NCBI GenBank assembly: GCA_044373665.1
Contig: JBIPNH010000004.1
Coordinates: 1,196 to 65,195, forward strand
DNA length: 64,000 bases
DNA from: Bacteroidia bacterium
GTDB taxonomy: Bacteria > Bacteroidota > Bacteroidia > NS11-12g > UBA955
Direction: 5' to 3'
Part shown: positions 21,501-30,711 of the stretch, one piece after another
Layout: the number at the start of each line of letters is the position of its first letter
Numbering within the stretch: position 1 is the first letter of the stretch
Position numbers and translations under genes: made by a program
The notes under the pieces: generated by a model
The model's database searches: none
Told to the model about the DNA's origin: nothing
The model's input: the letters and a program-made list of their open reading frames with translations, nothing else

Positions 21501-22673
21501 AAATCCTAATAAGTATTGAGTTGGCAATGTAACTGTTATGTAACAAACTTTACGATTAGGCGCTGACAAACCAACATCGTTTCTTGCAGTTAAAACAACG
21601 GTATAGCAACCCGGTCTGTAGAAAGCAAATTCTGGATTTTGAGAAATAGCATTTGAACCATTATTATCTGGATCAGGATCCACATCACCTGACAATACAT
21701 CTTTAACATCATTAACGTCTGTCGAATCATAAACATACCAGTTCCATTGGTATGGACCATAATCTGACAAGTCGAATAATTTTACTTTATCATATTGTTC
21801 AACAACTACTCTGTCGGCAACAAACTGAGCATCAGGCACCACAGTAGGTGTATTGATTGTTAAACATTTTGTTGTGCTGTCGCTACCTAAGCAATTTGTG
21901 CTTCTTAATTTCACACATTTTGTTCCACCTGTGTTCCAAGTGTAATTAAAGTTAACGCTATTTGGAGCATCAACACCATCTAGGTTAGCATCCCAAGTAT
22001 GAGAGATATAACCAGTTTGGTTCGAGTTTACAAATTTAACTACTGATTTTACCCAAGCAGAAGTTGGTGAAGCGAAGTTTGAAGACAGTTGAGTAGGTAA
22101 TTGAAGATTAACCGTATAATCTTCGGTTTCTCCCCAAGCATAAGTTCCACAAGCACTTCCAGGATTAGTCATGGTTGTAGTTTCAATTAACACACAACGC
22201 ATTCTTGTATTACCTGGATTGATATTACAAGGCACTGTAAATGTATAACTAATATCTCTTACTCCGGAAGCAAATGCAAAAGGAGTAGAACGTACAGCTT
22301 CTGAGGCTTCAAAAACATTATTTCGATTGTAATCTATCCAAACTAAAGCTTGGTTATTATATACACCTGCACCACAATATGCTACACGAACTGACACTGT
22401 ATAGGTGGCACCAGCTGACATTGGGATAGCTGGCAGAGAGGTAAAATCTGTATACTGAGCGCATGCCGTTTGACCTATTTGTGATGAATTATTGTCCAAC
22501 AAAACATTGTTTCCTTGAACTAATTTTACATTAGAGATGTACTCATCTGCAGTGCTAGTTGCATTTGATGCACAGTACTGACCATAAGCATTCGGCAAAA
22601 TGGCCCATAACATTACCATTACTAGTAATCCTAGATTGTAGGTAATTGATTTAAATTGATTATTTGATTTCAT
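18564..22673 (-). CDS. giant secreted protein P2: two GEVED-like modules, PKD-like modules, CUB-like segment, five Ig-like (DUF5011/HYR-like) modules, T9SS type-A CTD
   Basis: 1369 aa; signal peptide. GETEDYTVNL and GQYHDYGIVL end two ~160-aa Cys-containing modules. ILTVWDGKTPGG...MYILFVSNG looks CUB-like. Five ~80-aa repeats are bounded by D.TPP/DTKAP/DFVPP/DRIAP. C-terminal LFPNPSNGIVNIDF...VVLQ. Confidence 0.85.
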   Translation of the reverse strand: MKSNNQFKSITYNLGLLVMVMLWAILPNAYGQYCASNATSTADEYISNVKLVQGNNVLLDNNSSQIGQTACAQYTDFTSLPAIPMSAGATYTVSVRVAYCGAGVYNNQALVWIDYNRNNVFEASEAVRSTPFAFASGVRDISYTFTVPCNINPGNTRMRCVLIETTTMTNPGSACGTYAWGETEDYTVNLQLPTQLSSNFASPTSAWVKSVVKFVNSNQTGYISHTWDANLDGVDAPNSVNFNYTWNTGGTKCVKLRSTNCLGSDSTTKCLTINTPTVVPDAQFVADRVVVEQYDKVKLFDLSDYGPYQWNWYVYDSTDVNDVKDVLSGDVDPDPDNNGSNAISQNPEFAFYRPGCYTVVLTARNDVGLSAPNRKVCYITVTLPTQYLLGFGSYGPNNDNVVESPSGTIIDNGGTGLNYGNNQGLGTRSFVRITPCNAKKITLTMSQLKFADKSDILTVWDGKTPGGPGSTQLAAWTNGVTTPRSVTATSGSMYILFVSNGTVVDSGYIGTYVSELATANPPTPTFTPTTTPSYNNTPVRFTNTTQDVVGVPTWTWTVDGDLVGIYDRQDFNYNFTTDGNYNVCLEVKSCVGNKKSCNTISVVTPQTQTSLDIAASNRRPNVTSDVIRLMPVSDNANRFEWSIFPTTYTLVNAPTSPSVSGTGFVYYRSTPGDSIPTPMVRFNQPGCYTITLKAWNSNNKNATEKTIVKNKFVCAVQYCTPGSFVNAADLTINKVVLADGNNALIDNYTTNTDAYLNFTKNNVASLTYGKTYSIQVARNTNADPANRKGWIDWNIDGDFDDAGEEIFFESSTSNLSYTANFTVPSLSNSFEGTTRLRLAINFNNANTTPCGPATAGQYHDYGIVLFNDNMKPVITLLGKDTVRMEVNGTYTDAGATGFDASEGNITSRIVTTNDLDVTVTGIYSYEYNLTDNSGNKAETKSRIIIVVNDMTPPTITLNPGSSTCIEVDRNNIPYVDPGATASNTNPFVNLTSAIRTSGTVNTREVGNYTITYSVRDFAGNLATITRNVCVEDTKAPLIKGTGDTSIQIGTLWIDQTFAEDAYDNNPELMKAWFPEVVNSSLKGTYTVTYTAKDAEGNVSAPKVVNYRVDDFVPPTINLNTFDIVEHDVTIPYVSVQASATDNYYGQGQVSISRISSNVNPNEVGTYTEVFKAVDGSGNVTIKTRTVNVIDRIAPVLWGGTIYGCVGENIWPMSGLTSTDNYYGPQILLPNVEIVNQNVNPMEEGIYYITYKVKDPSNNTSAPLTRQVVYTYWPRCINSTVDVDVVKSIENSINLFPNPSNGIVNIDFNGNVANNPQVKVFNQLGQLVFTQNNTTATANLSIDLSGFAKGIYSVNIISEGVSVTKRVVLQ

Positions 22674-22700
22674 ACGAAATATTTGATTAGGGAATTGGGA

Positions 22701-25700
22701 CTATTTAATGATATTGATTTTTTGATTGATAACTTGATTGTTTGCTGACAATTTAACCATGTAAACACCACTGTTTAAATGAGATAAATTGATCATTGTA
22801 TTACTTGAATTTAGTTGAACTGTTGCTACTAATTCACCAATGGTGTTAAAGATTTGCACTTCTTGATTCACCAAAGCCTCATCAGTTTGAATAGTAAACT
22901 GACCATTAGAAGGATTAGGATACATGTTAAATTTAAACTGACTGATTTGGTTTACATCGGTAGAAATGTCGATACACTTAGTGGCAGAACAATCGCAACC
23001 ATCAGGAGTAGAGGCTACCATGGTAACACAGTACTGTATATCAGCTGCATAAGAGTATGATGCGCCAGTAGCATTAGAACTTAGTCTATTTCCATCACCT
23101 GTTATCCATTTGTAAGACAGTCCATTGCTTGAACCTCCAATTGGAGTGAAGTTAAATGCTCTTGCACCTGCAGTCCAATTACGAGTAATATTAAAATCAC
23201 AAGTTTGTGGCAATTGTGCAATATTTACAACTTTAACAATTGAATCTGAACAACCATCTTCAATAGAAGCTACTAGTTTAACAGAGTATGTTTGACCAGA
23301 AGTATACGTGTGAACTGGAGCTGCATTATTGGAAATTGTATTGTCACCAAAATTCCATTTGTAATTGATTTTACCTTTAGGGTAAGTTGTTAAGTTAGTA
23401 AAAGGAATTTCACTTCCTTCACATTGAGTTTCAAACTCGAAATCAGCCAAAGGTTGAACACCTACATTGATTGATTTGGTAACTTGAGTGCTACAACCAT
23501 TTAACAATCTAGTTGTTAGGGTTACATTACGCTGACCAATACCTGACCAATTTACAACAGGAGCAAATTGGGTATTAGGAGCACCTTGACCTAAGTTCCA
23601 AGTATATGATTGCAAAGTTTCACCATTTAATCTAGTATTATTTACAAAAGGTGTTGGAGTTCTATCGCAAGCAAAAGGGAATGAAAAGTCGGTTGTTGGT
23701 ATTTGCTTAACATTAATAGTCAATTCAGCGGTATCCAAACATCCAAATTCAGAAACCGTAACCAAAGTTACCTTTTTAGTTCCTGCAGATTGGAATGAAT
23801 AAGTTGGGCTTAAGTCTGATGCAATGTTTCCATTGTCATTAAAATCCCATTTATTACCAAAGTTACCAAGTGCAATAGCAGATTGGTTAGTAAATGTAAA
23901 CTCATCATTTAAGCAATCACCTTGCGCTTTAACGAAAGCCGCATTTGGTTTTGCAAATTGGTAAACCGTTTTAGTAACTTTATCAGTACAACCGTCGGCA
24001 GTTGCTTGAAGAGTTACACGGTAGGCTCCAGGGCTGTTAAATTTTTTATTAACTGCAGCTCTTGTAGAAGTATTAATATTTGGAGAACCATCACTGAAAG
24101 ACCAAGTATAAACGGTAGTTCCAGAACCAGCATAAGCAGTACCATTTCCTAAAACAACTGCTACTCCTTCGCATTTATTCGTATTAATAATACTTGCTAT
24201 AGGCATTTCAGTTACATCTATAGAAACAGTTTTACTTGTAACAAAATTATAAGGTTTAGTAGTTGCAGTCAAAGTCAATTGGTAAGTTCCAAAAGAAGCG
24301 TATCTGTGGGCAGGATTTGCTTCTTGAGAATTAGGTGTACCATCTCCAAAACTCCATTCATATTCAACAGAACCACTACTAACTGTAGTTTCATTTTCAA
24401 AAACATTGTCAGTACGTTCACAAAGCGGGTTAGGAACAATAAAATCAACATTAGCTTTTGGTGCCACTAGTACTCTTCTTCTAAATACTGTATCGCAGAA
24501 AGTTTCCAAACTTAAAACTCTGATTGATACTTCAACAATACTGTCTTCCCAAGCTGCAGTTGGTTCAAAGGTTGCTCTGTAAGGTGCAGAACCATTTCCA
24601 GAAATTAGTGAATTGGCATTTACACCATTAATAGACCTTGCACTTACAAACGCTCTCCATTTTGTTCCGTAATCTGCATTGGTATAACCCAAACGACTAG
24701 GTTCACTTAGATTGTATACTAATTTTTCATTTCTGAAAGTTACATCTGGTTTACCTGTAATATCAAAAATTGAAGAAGTTGAAGACAATGATGTATTGTG
24801 AGTTACTACAGAACCGCCTGGTGCAGGTGTAATTGTAGTTGAAGTTAATAAAGTATCATTTGTTACATTATCATCTCCACCGCTATTAAACAAACGAACA
24901 GTGGTTGGACCAGGAATACTAAATAAATGTGGATTTGGGAAAGAGAAGTTAATAGAAGCATTCGGTGCAATATTTCCCGGCACTGTATAAACAATTTTTG
25001 GACCATAATTAATAGCGTAAGCAACTTCAGGATTCGTAATGGTGAAAGGTGAGTTATTTCTTAAAGTACCACTGATGGCAGAGGTAAATCCTGAACAAGA
25101 AGGAACTGGGAAATTTAAATTAAAAGCAGTGATAGAAATATCAGCAGAATATTCTAATGCACCAATGTCAGGCACTAACCCTCTTGTTACACCACTATTA
25201 TCAGTAGTAATACCAGAAATAGCTACTCCTTTATTTGCCATAGACAATGAACGAGGCGTTAAATTAATTGATGCTGGATCATTACTAATAAAATTTGGAT
25301 TGGTTGCAATGTTTGAAGTAGGGAAACTAGATGCATACATAGATTGCATATTGGGAATATCTCCTGTTGCTGTTCCTCCTGCATTTTGAACTCCCCAACC
25401 GTAGTTTAGGTTACCAGCAGCATTTGGACCAAAGAACAAGCAGTTGTTTTGATAAGTCGTCCATCTATAAGTGGATGTTAATGTAGTTGCTTGGTCATAT
25501 ATTAACCATTTAGATCCACTACCACCTATATTATTATAAAGAATATTATTTCTGAAATTTCTAAACCAACTACCTTGAACATTTCTTACAATTGTACTAG
25601 TATTACTAACAGCCGTTGGGTAATCAAATGCAATTGTATTAAAATCTACATCAAGAGAAATAGCTGGATTTAAATAAGCTGAGTACCAATACAAATAACA

Positions 25701-26759
25701 TTGTAAAGTAGAAGTTCCAAAATCATAAATCCAATTGTTTGTAATCCTTGAATTCATAATTGGCACAGTTGTGCTACTCATACTAATGTAAATAGGATAA
25801 ATTACCGACCCTTGTGGCGTATTTCCATTCAGATTGAAAATTCTATTATTATCTATTAAGAAAGTACCTGTAATGGTGTATAAGCCATATTTAGTAGTGA
25901 ACAAACTGGTTCTACCTTGATTAGTAATAGTATTGTTTCTAATGGTAGTATTGTAAGTGTAAGGATGGTTAATTCCGTACAAATAAAAATCTCTAATTAA
26001 ATTATTAGAAATCACATTGTTATTCCCAGCGTTTAAAGCAGCAGGAGTTGTAATACCATACATATTTATTCCGTAATATGGTCCATGATTTAAACCATTC
26101 CCTGAACGCATATCACAGCTATCAACAAGGTTATTATTTCCAAAATTACCAGAAGAACTTCCAGTAGTACCATTAGTCATCCAAATGTAAGCACTACCTA
26201 CGTTAGGAATCCCCGTAATATTGTCGCATCTTAATTTACAATTTTTTACAATATTAAAATCCGCAGCATTTCTGAACCAAAAGCAATAACCATAGGTTGT
26301 TTGATTCATTCTCACTTCTAAATTGTTAAATGTAAAAAAGTCAGTCCCGTTCAAATCAACTACACCTGCATCTAAAGTAGAAGTAGGAGTAAAGTTTAAA
26401 ATAGCGCCGTTACCATTTATAGTTACTCTTCTTGAAGCTTGAGAACCAACGATGGCAGTTAAAAGTAAACGTTCGTTGTAAGTACCTGGTGTTACATTCA
26501 CTGTAACATTTCCTTGAAGACCTGCGCCTCCTAAAGCATAATTAGCTGTACCACCATCACCACGCGATAGGTTTCTTAAATCATTTGAAAACGCAGTAAA
26601 ACTAAGATAATTTGAAGCAGAAGCTGCTGCAGAGGGATTAATGGTGTAATTACCACCAGGAAAGGCTTGTAGAATTGGCAAAGAAGCCAAAAAAGCCATT
26701 GCAACAAAAAAAAGTCGCAATTTTTTGTGAATTTTGAATTCGGGTAGATATTGATGCAT
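22701..26759 (-). CDS. giant secreted protein P1: parallel beta-helix-like head, six PKD-like modules, T9SS type-A CTD
   Basis: 1352 aa; signal peptide. About 500 aa of N/G-rich beta-helix-type repeats (NNLIRDF, NNTITNQ, NNRIFNL, ITNNWIYD). W.FGDG PKD motifs; C-terminal MYPNPSNGQFTIQ...INIIK. Confidence 0.85.
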   Translation of the reverse strand: MHQYLPEFKIHKKLRLFFVAMAFLASLPILQAFPGGNYTINPSAAASASNYLSFTAFSNDLRNLSRGDGGTANYALGGAGLQGNVTVNVTPGTYNERLLLTAIVGSQASRRVTINGNGAILNFTPTSTLDAGVVDLNGTDFFTFNNLEVRMNQTTYGYCFWFRNAADFNIVKNCKLRCDNITGIPNVGSAYIWMTNGTTGSSSGNFGNNNLVDSCDMRSGNGLNHGPYYGINMYGITTPAALNAGNNNVISNNLIRDFYLYGINHPYTYNTTIRNNTITNQGRTSLFTTKYGLYTITGTFLIDNNRIFNLNGNTPQGSVIYPIYISMSSTTVPIMNSRITNNWIYDFGTSTLQCYLYWYSAYLNPAISLDVDFNTIAFDYPTAVSNTSTIVRNVQGSWFRNFRNNILYNNIGGSGSKWLIYDQATTLTSTYRWTTYQNNCLFFGPNAAGNLNYGWGVQNAGGTATGDIPNMQSMYASSFPTSNIATNPNFISNDPASINLTPRSLSMANKGVAISGITTDNSGVTRGLVPDIGALEYSADISITAFNLNFPVPSCSGFTSAISGTLRNNSPFTITNPEVAYAINYGPKIVYTVPGNIAPNASINFSFPNPHLFSIPGPTTVRLFNSGGDDNVTNDTLLTSTTITPAPGGSVVTHNTSLSSTSSIFDITGKPDVTFRNEKLVYNLSEPSRLGYTNADYGTKWRAFVSARSINGVNANSLISGNGSAPYRATFEPTAAWEDSIVEVSIRVLSLETFCDTVFRRRVLVAPKANVDFIVPNPLCERTDNVFENETTVSSGSVEYEWSFGDGTPNSQEANPAHRYASFGTYQLTLTATTKPYNFVTSKTVSIDVTEMPIASIINTNKCEGVAVVLGNGTAYAGSGTTVYTWSFSDGSPNINTSTRAAVNKKFNSPGAYRVTLQATADGCTDKVTKTVYQFAKPNAAFVKAQGDCLNDEFTFTNQSAIALGNFGNKWDFNDNGNIASDLSPTYSFQSAGTKKVTLVTVSEFGCLDTAELTINVKQIPTTDFSFPFACDRTPTPFVNNTRLNGETLQSYTWNLGQGAPNTQFAPVVNWSGIGQRNVTLTTRLLNGCSTQVTKSINVGVQPLADFEFETQCEGSEIPFTNLTTYPKGKINYKWNFGDNTISNNAAPVHTYTSGQTYSVKLVASIEDGCSDSIVKVVNIAQLPQTCDFNITRNWTAGARAFNFTPIGGSSNGLSYKWITGDGNRLSSNATGASYSYAADIQYCVTMVASTPDGCDCSATKCIDISTDVNQISQFKFNMYPNPSNGQFTIQTDEALVNQEVQIFNTIGELVATVQLNSSNTMINLSHLNSGVYMVKLSANNQVINQKINIIK

Positions 26760-26788
26760 AAAAGTTAAAAATATTTATAAAAAAATAA

Positions 26789-26806
26789 TGATTTGATAAC
26801 AAATCA
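26789..26806. promoter_or_regulatory. operator-like inverted repeat in the leader of P1
   Basis: TGATTTG-ATAA-CAAATCA (perfect 7-bp arms) between the candidate -7 box (26813-26820) and the P1 start codon (26759). Confidence 0.3.
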
Positions 26807-26812
26807 AGTAAG

Positions 26813-26820
26813 CAAATTTA
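26813..26820 (-). promoter_or_regulatory. candidate Bacteroidota -7 promoter box for P1
   Basis: Minus-strand TAAATTTG matches the TAnnTTTG consensus, 54 nt upstream of the ATG. Confidence 0.3.
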
Positions 26821-27048
26821 TAATTAAGTTTTAATAATTAAAACATATATTAAAAAGATTGCAAACTTCTGACAGAGTTTTTTTAATAAATTACGCCTTT
26901 GTGTACTATTTGTACTATTGCATTTTTTGAAATAATCGATTGATTATCTACTATTTAATTTAATATTTGATTATATTGTTATATAAATAAAATAAATTGA
27001 AATAATTTTACACATTTAAGTTCTAAAATGGAAATGTATATTTTTAAG

Positions 27049-27056
27049 TATCTTTG
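27049..27056 (+). promoter_or_regulatory. candidate -7 promoter box for the ABC-F gene
   Basis: TATCTTTG matches TAnnTTTG, 23 nt upstream of ATG 27080. Confidence 0.3.
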
Positions 27057-27076
27057 CGACCGCAAAAAATAAATAA

Positions 27077-28693
<1,617 letters not shown>

Positions 28694-28697
28694 TAGA

Positions 28698-29048
28698 ATG
28701 AAAAATAAGCCACATTATATGTATTGGCTTGAAATTATCCATATTCCATTGTGGTTAATCAAGGACTTGTGTTGGTTATTTGTGTGGGATGTTTTGGGTG
28801 TTATAATGGCCATCCCTACCATTCTTGTAGCTTTAATAATGGTGATCATTAGTTCAGATGACCGCAGTAAACTTTTCCCTAACTTGTCTATTTTGTTTTG
28901 GATCATTGCCAATAGCACTTGGATGATTGCCGAATTTTATGATTTAAATATCAAACATTTTGCAGCTATTCCTTTCGGTTTGGGTCTGCTTTCCTTTTTA
29001 CTATTTTTATTGATTGCAAAACCTACTTTAACCCAGAATAATCATTAG
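28698..29048 (+). CDS. small membrane protein (116 aa, about 4 TM)
   Basis: Hydrophobic ORF 4 nt after the ABC-F stop. No motif recognised. Confidence 0.5.
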   Translation: MKNKPHYMYWLEIIHIPLWLIKDLCWLFVWDVLGVIMAIPTILVALIMVIISSDDRSKLFPNLSILFWIIANSTWMIAEFYDLNIKHFAAIPFGLGLLSFLLFLLIAKPTLTQNNH

Positions 29049-29190
29049 AAAATCTATTACTAGCTAAATCTCTTTAAATCAGTTGTTTCTTACTTTTCTT
29101 AACCATAGGTTTGGCTATACTTTTCAAAAAATAAGAAACTGATTTATTGATATTTAACTCTCATAACGAAGTTCTAATAATTAATCTGGG

Positions 29191-29220
29191 TTTGAAACAA
29201 ACAAAAAATCCTTAAATTTG
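29191..29220 (+). promoter_or_regulatory. candidate promoter of fdx-iscX
   Basis: TTTG (29191-29194), 18-nt spacer, TAAATTTG (29213-29220). This fits the Bacteroidota -33 TTTG / -7 TAnnTTTG pattern, 14 nt before the ATG. Confidence 0.4.
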
Positions 29221-29234
29221 TCACTCTATTAATC

Positions 29235-29564
29235 ATGCCTAAAATTACTTTCAATTTTGAAGAAGCTCATAAAGAATCATTAACCGTTGACATAGAGGTT
29301 GGCGAAATGATATTGGATGTTGCCTTAGATAACGACGTGCATTTACATCACAATTGTGGTGCTGTATGTGCTTGCAGCACTTGTCACATTTATGTTGAAC
29401 AAGGGGCAGACAGCTTATCAGAAATTACCGACAAAGAAGAAGACTTTGTTGACCGCGCCCGTAATCCTAAATACAATTCTAGACTAGCTTGTCAGTGTGT
29501 ACTAGAAGAAGATGAAAATTTAACGGTTATTATTCCCGACCAATCACTTATCATTGGTCACTAA
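29235..29564 (+). CDS. fdx: 2Fe-2S ferredoxin (adrenodoxin/ISC Fdx type)
   Basis: 109 aa; Cys pattern CGAVCACSTCH ... ACQC typical of vertebrate-type [2Fe-2S] ferredoxins. Confidence 0.85.
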   Translation: MPKITFNFEEAHKESLTVDIEVGEMILDVALDNDVHLHHNCGAVCACSTCHIYVEQGADSLSEITDKEEDFVDRARNPKYNSRLACQCVLEEDENLTVIIPDQSLIIGH

Positions 29565-29576
29565 TTTATATAAAAG

Positions 29577-29813
29577 ATGACATTTGAACTACCAATACAC
29601 TGGAAAGACCACGAAGACATAGCGATGGCATTATACGAAAGATTTGGCGATGATTTTGGCGAATCCAAAATATACAGAATACGCTTTACTGAATTGATGC
29701 AATGGGTATTAGAAATCCCAAATTTCAAAGGCACTAAAGAAGAGTGTAATGAAGGACACCTAGAAATGATTCAAAGTCAGTGGGTGTATGAATGGCGCGA
29801 CAATCAAAAATAA
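29577..29813 (+). CDS. iscX: IscX (YfhJ)-like Fe-S assembly accessory protein
   Basis: 78 aa, acidic. W.D.EDIA.ALYE...IRFTELMQWV resembles E. coli IscX (WTDSREIGEALYD...VRFTDMHQWI, from memory). Sits directly after fdx, as in isc operons. Confidence 0.65.
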   Translation: MTFELPIHWKDHEDIAMALYERFGDDFGESKIYRIRFTELMQWVLEIPNFKGTKEECNEGHLEMIQSQWVYEWRDNQK

Positions 29814-29817
29814 ACCT

Positions 29818-30711
29818 TTAAAACAAAAAGGTTAGCAAATTAAAGATTCCTAATACTATCACTATTTTAAAAATAGTGTGTACTGCTTTGTATCTTGTCT
29901 TTTCAATTAAACCAAAACTTACTACAGTAACCACGCTTGATAAAAGCACAAAGTAATTTTTGGTAATAAGTCCTTCATAAGCAATAATTCCTGCACCCAA
30001 TAGCAGTGACAAAACCATTACAAAATAAATAAAAGACTTGGCATTCTGCATACCCAAAACCACCGGGATGGACTGTATTTGCAATATTTTATCGCCTGTG
30101 TAATTTAAAAACTGTTTTATAAGTTCACGGGCGTAAACAATAGAAAGAAAATACGCACCATAGATAAAAATAAAAGTATAAAAAGTATTAAAATGCAATA
30201 AAACCGCAAAAAAACAAGTAATACTTAACATAGCGGCGGCAAATTCTTTGATGAAGAATATTTTTTGCAACTTATGAGAATAAATCCAAAGAGCTAATAC
30301 AAAAGCAGTAAAAAAAACACCAATTTTAAAAGAGGATAAATAGGCAATTAACAAGGCTAATAGATTGAAAGCGATGTATAGATTTAACGATGTTTTTTTA
30401 CTTATTATTCTGTTAAACAAAGTGTTTTTTGGCCGGTTGATTAAATCCTTTTCAAAGTCGTAAAAATTATTAATGATAAAACCGGCAGCAATACTAAAAA
30501 TGGAGGCAAGGACAATGCCGTGCAACTTAAAATCAGTTAGAATATGGGCATAGGAACCATGTGAATGTCGGATAAAAACAAAAGCTGAGATATATTGCGC
30601 TAATATGGTTAGTAAAATATTATACCATCTTACAACAGAAAACAAAGCAATAACCTTGAGTGCAAGTTTGTGATGTGTGACAGAGGATGTTTGATCTGTC
30701 TGTAGTTTCAT
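29818..30711 (-). CDS. UbiA-superfamily prenyltransferase (DGGGPS-like family common next to mvk in Flavobacteriia)
   Basis: 297 aa, about 8-9 TM. First Asp-rich motif NNFYDFEKD (res 81-89). The second motif region reads RELIKQFLNYTGDKILQIQSIPV (res 195-217). Its ATG overlaps the mvk stop by 1 nt (TGATG). Confidence 0.8.
   Translation of the reverse strand: MKLQTDQTSSVTHHKLALKVIALFSVVRWYNILLTILAQYISAFVFIRHSHGSYAHILTDFKLHGIVLASIFSIAAGFIINNFYDFEKDLINRPKNTLFNRIISKKTSLNLYIAFNLLALLIAYLSSFKIGVFFTAFVLALWIYSHKLQKIFFIKEFAAAMLSITCFFAVLLHFNTFYTFIFIYGAYFLSIVYARELIKQFLNYTGDKILQIQSIPVVLGMQNAKSFIYFVMVLSLLLGAGIIAYEGLITKNYFVLLSSVVTVVSFGLIEKTRYKAVHTIFKIVIVLGIFNLLTFLF

Noticed and set aside
26706-26713. T8 homopolymer in the signal-peptide codons of P1 as a slipped-strand phase-variation switch
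   Set aside because: Eight nucleotides is marginal for slippage and such runs are common in this AT-rich sequence (many A6-A8/T6-T8 tracts). There is no supporting evidence in the window.
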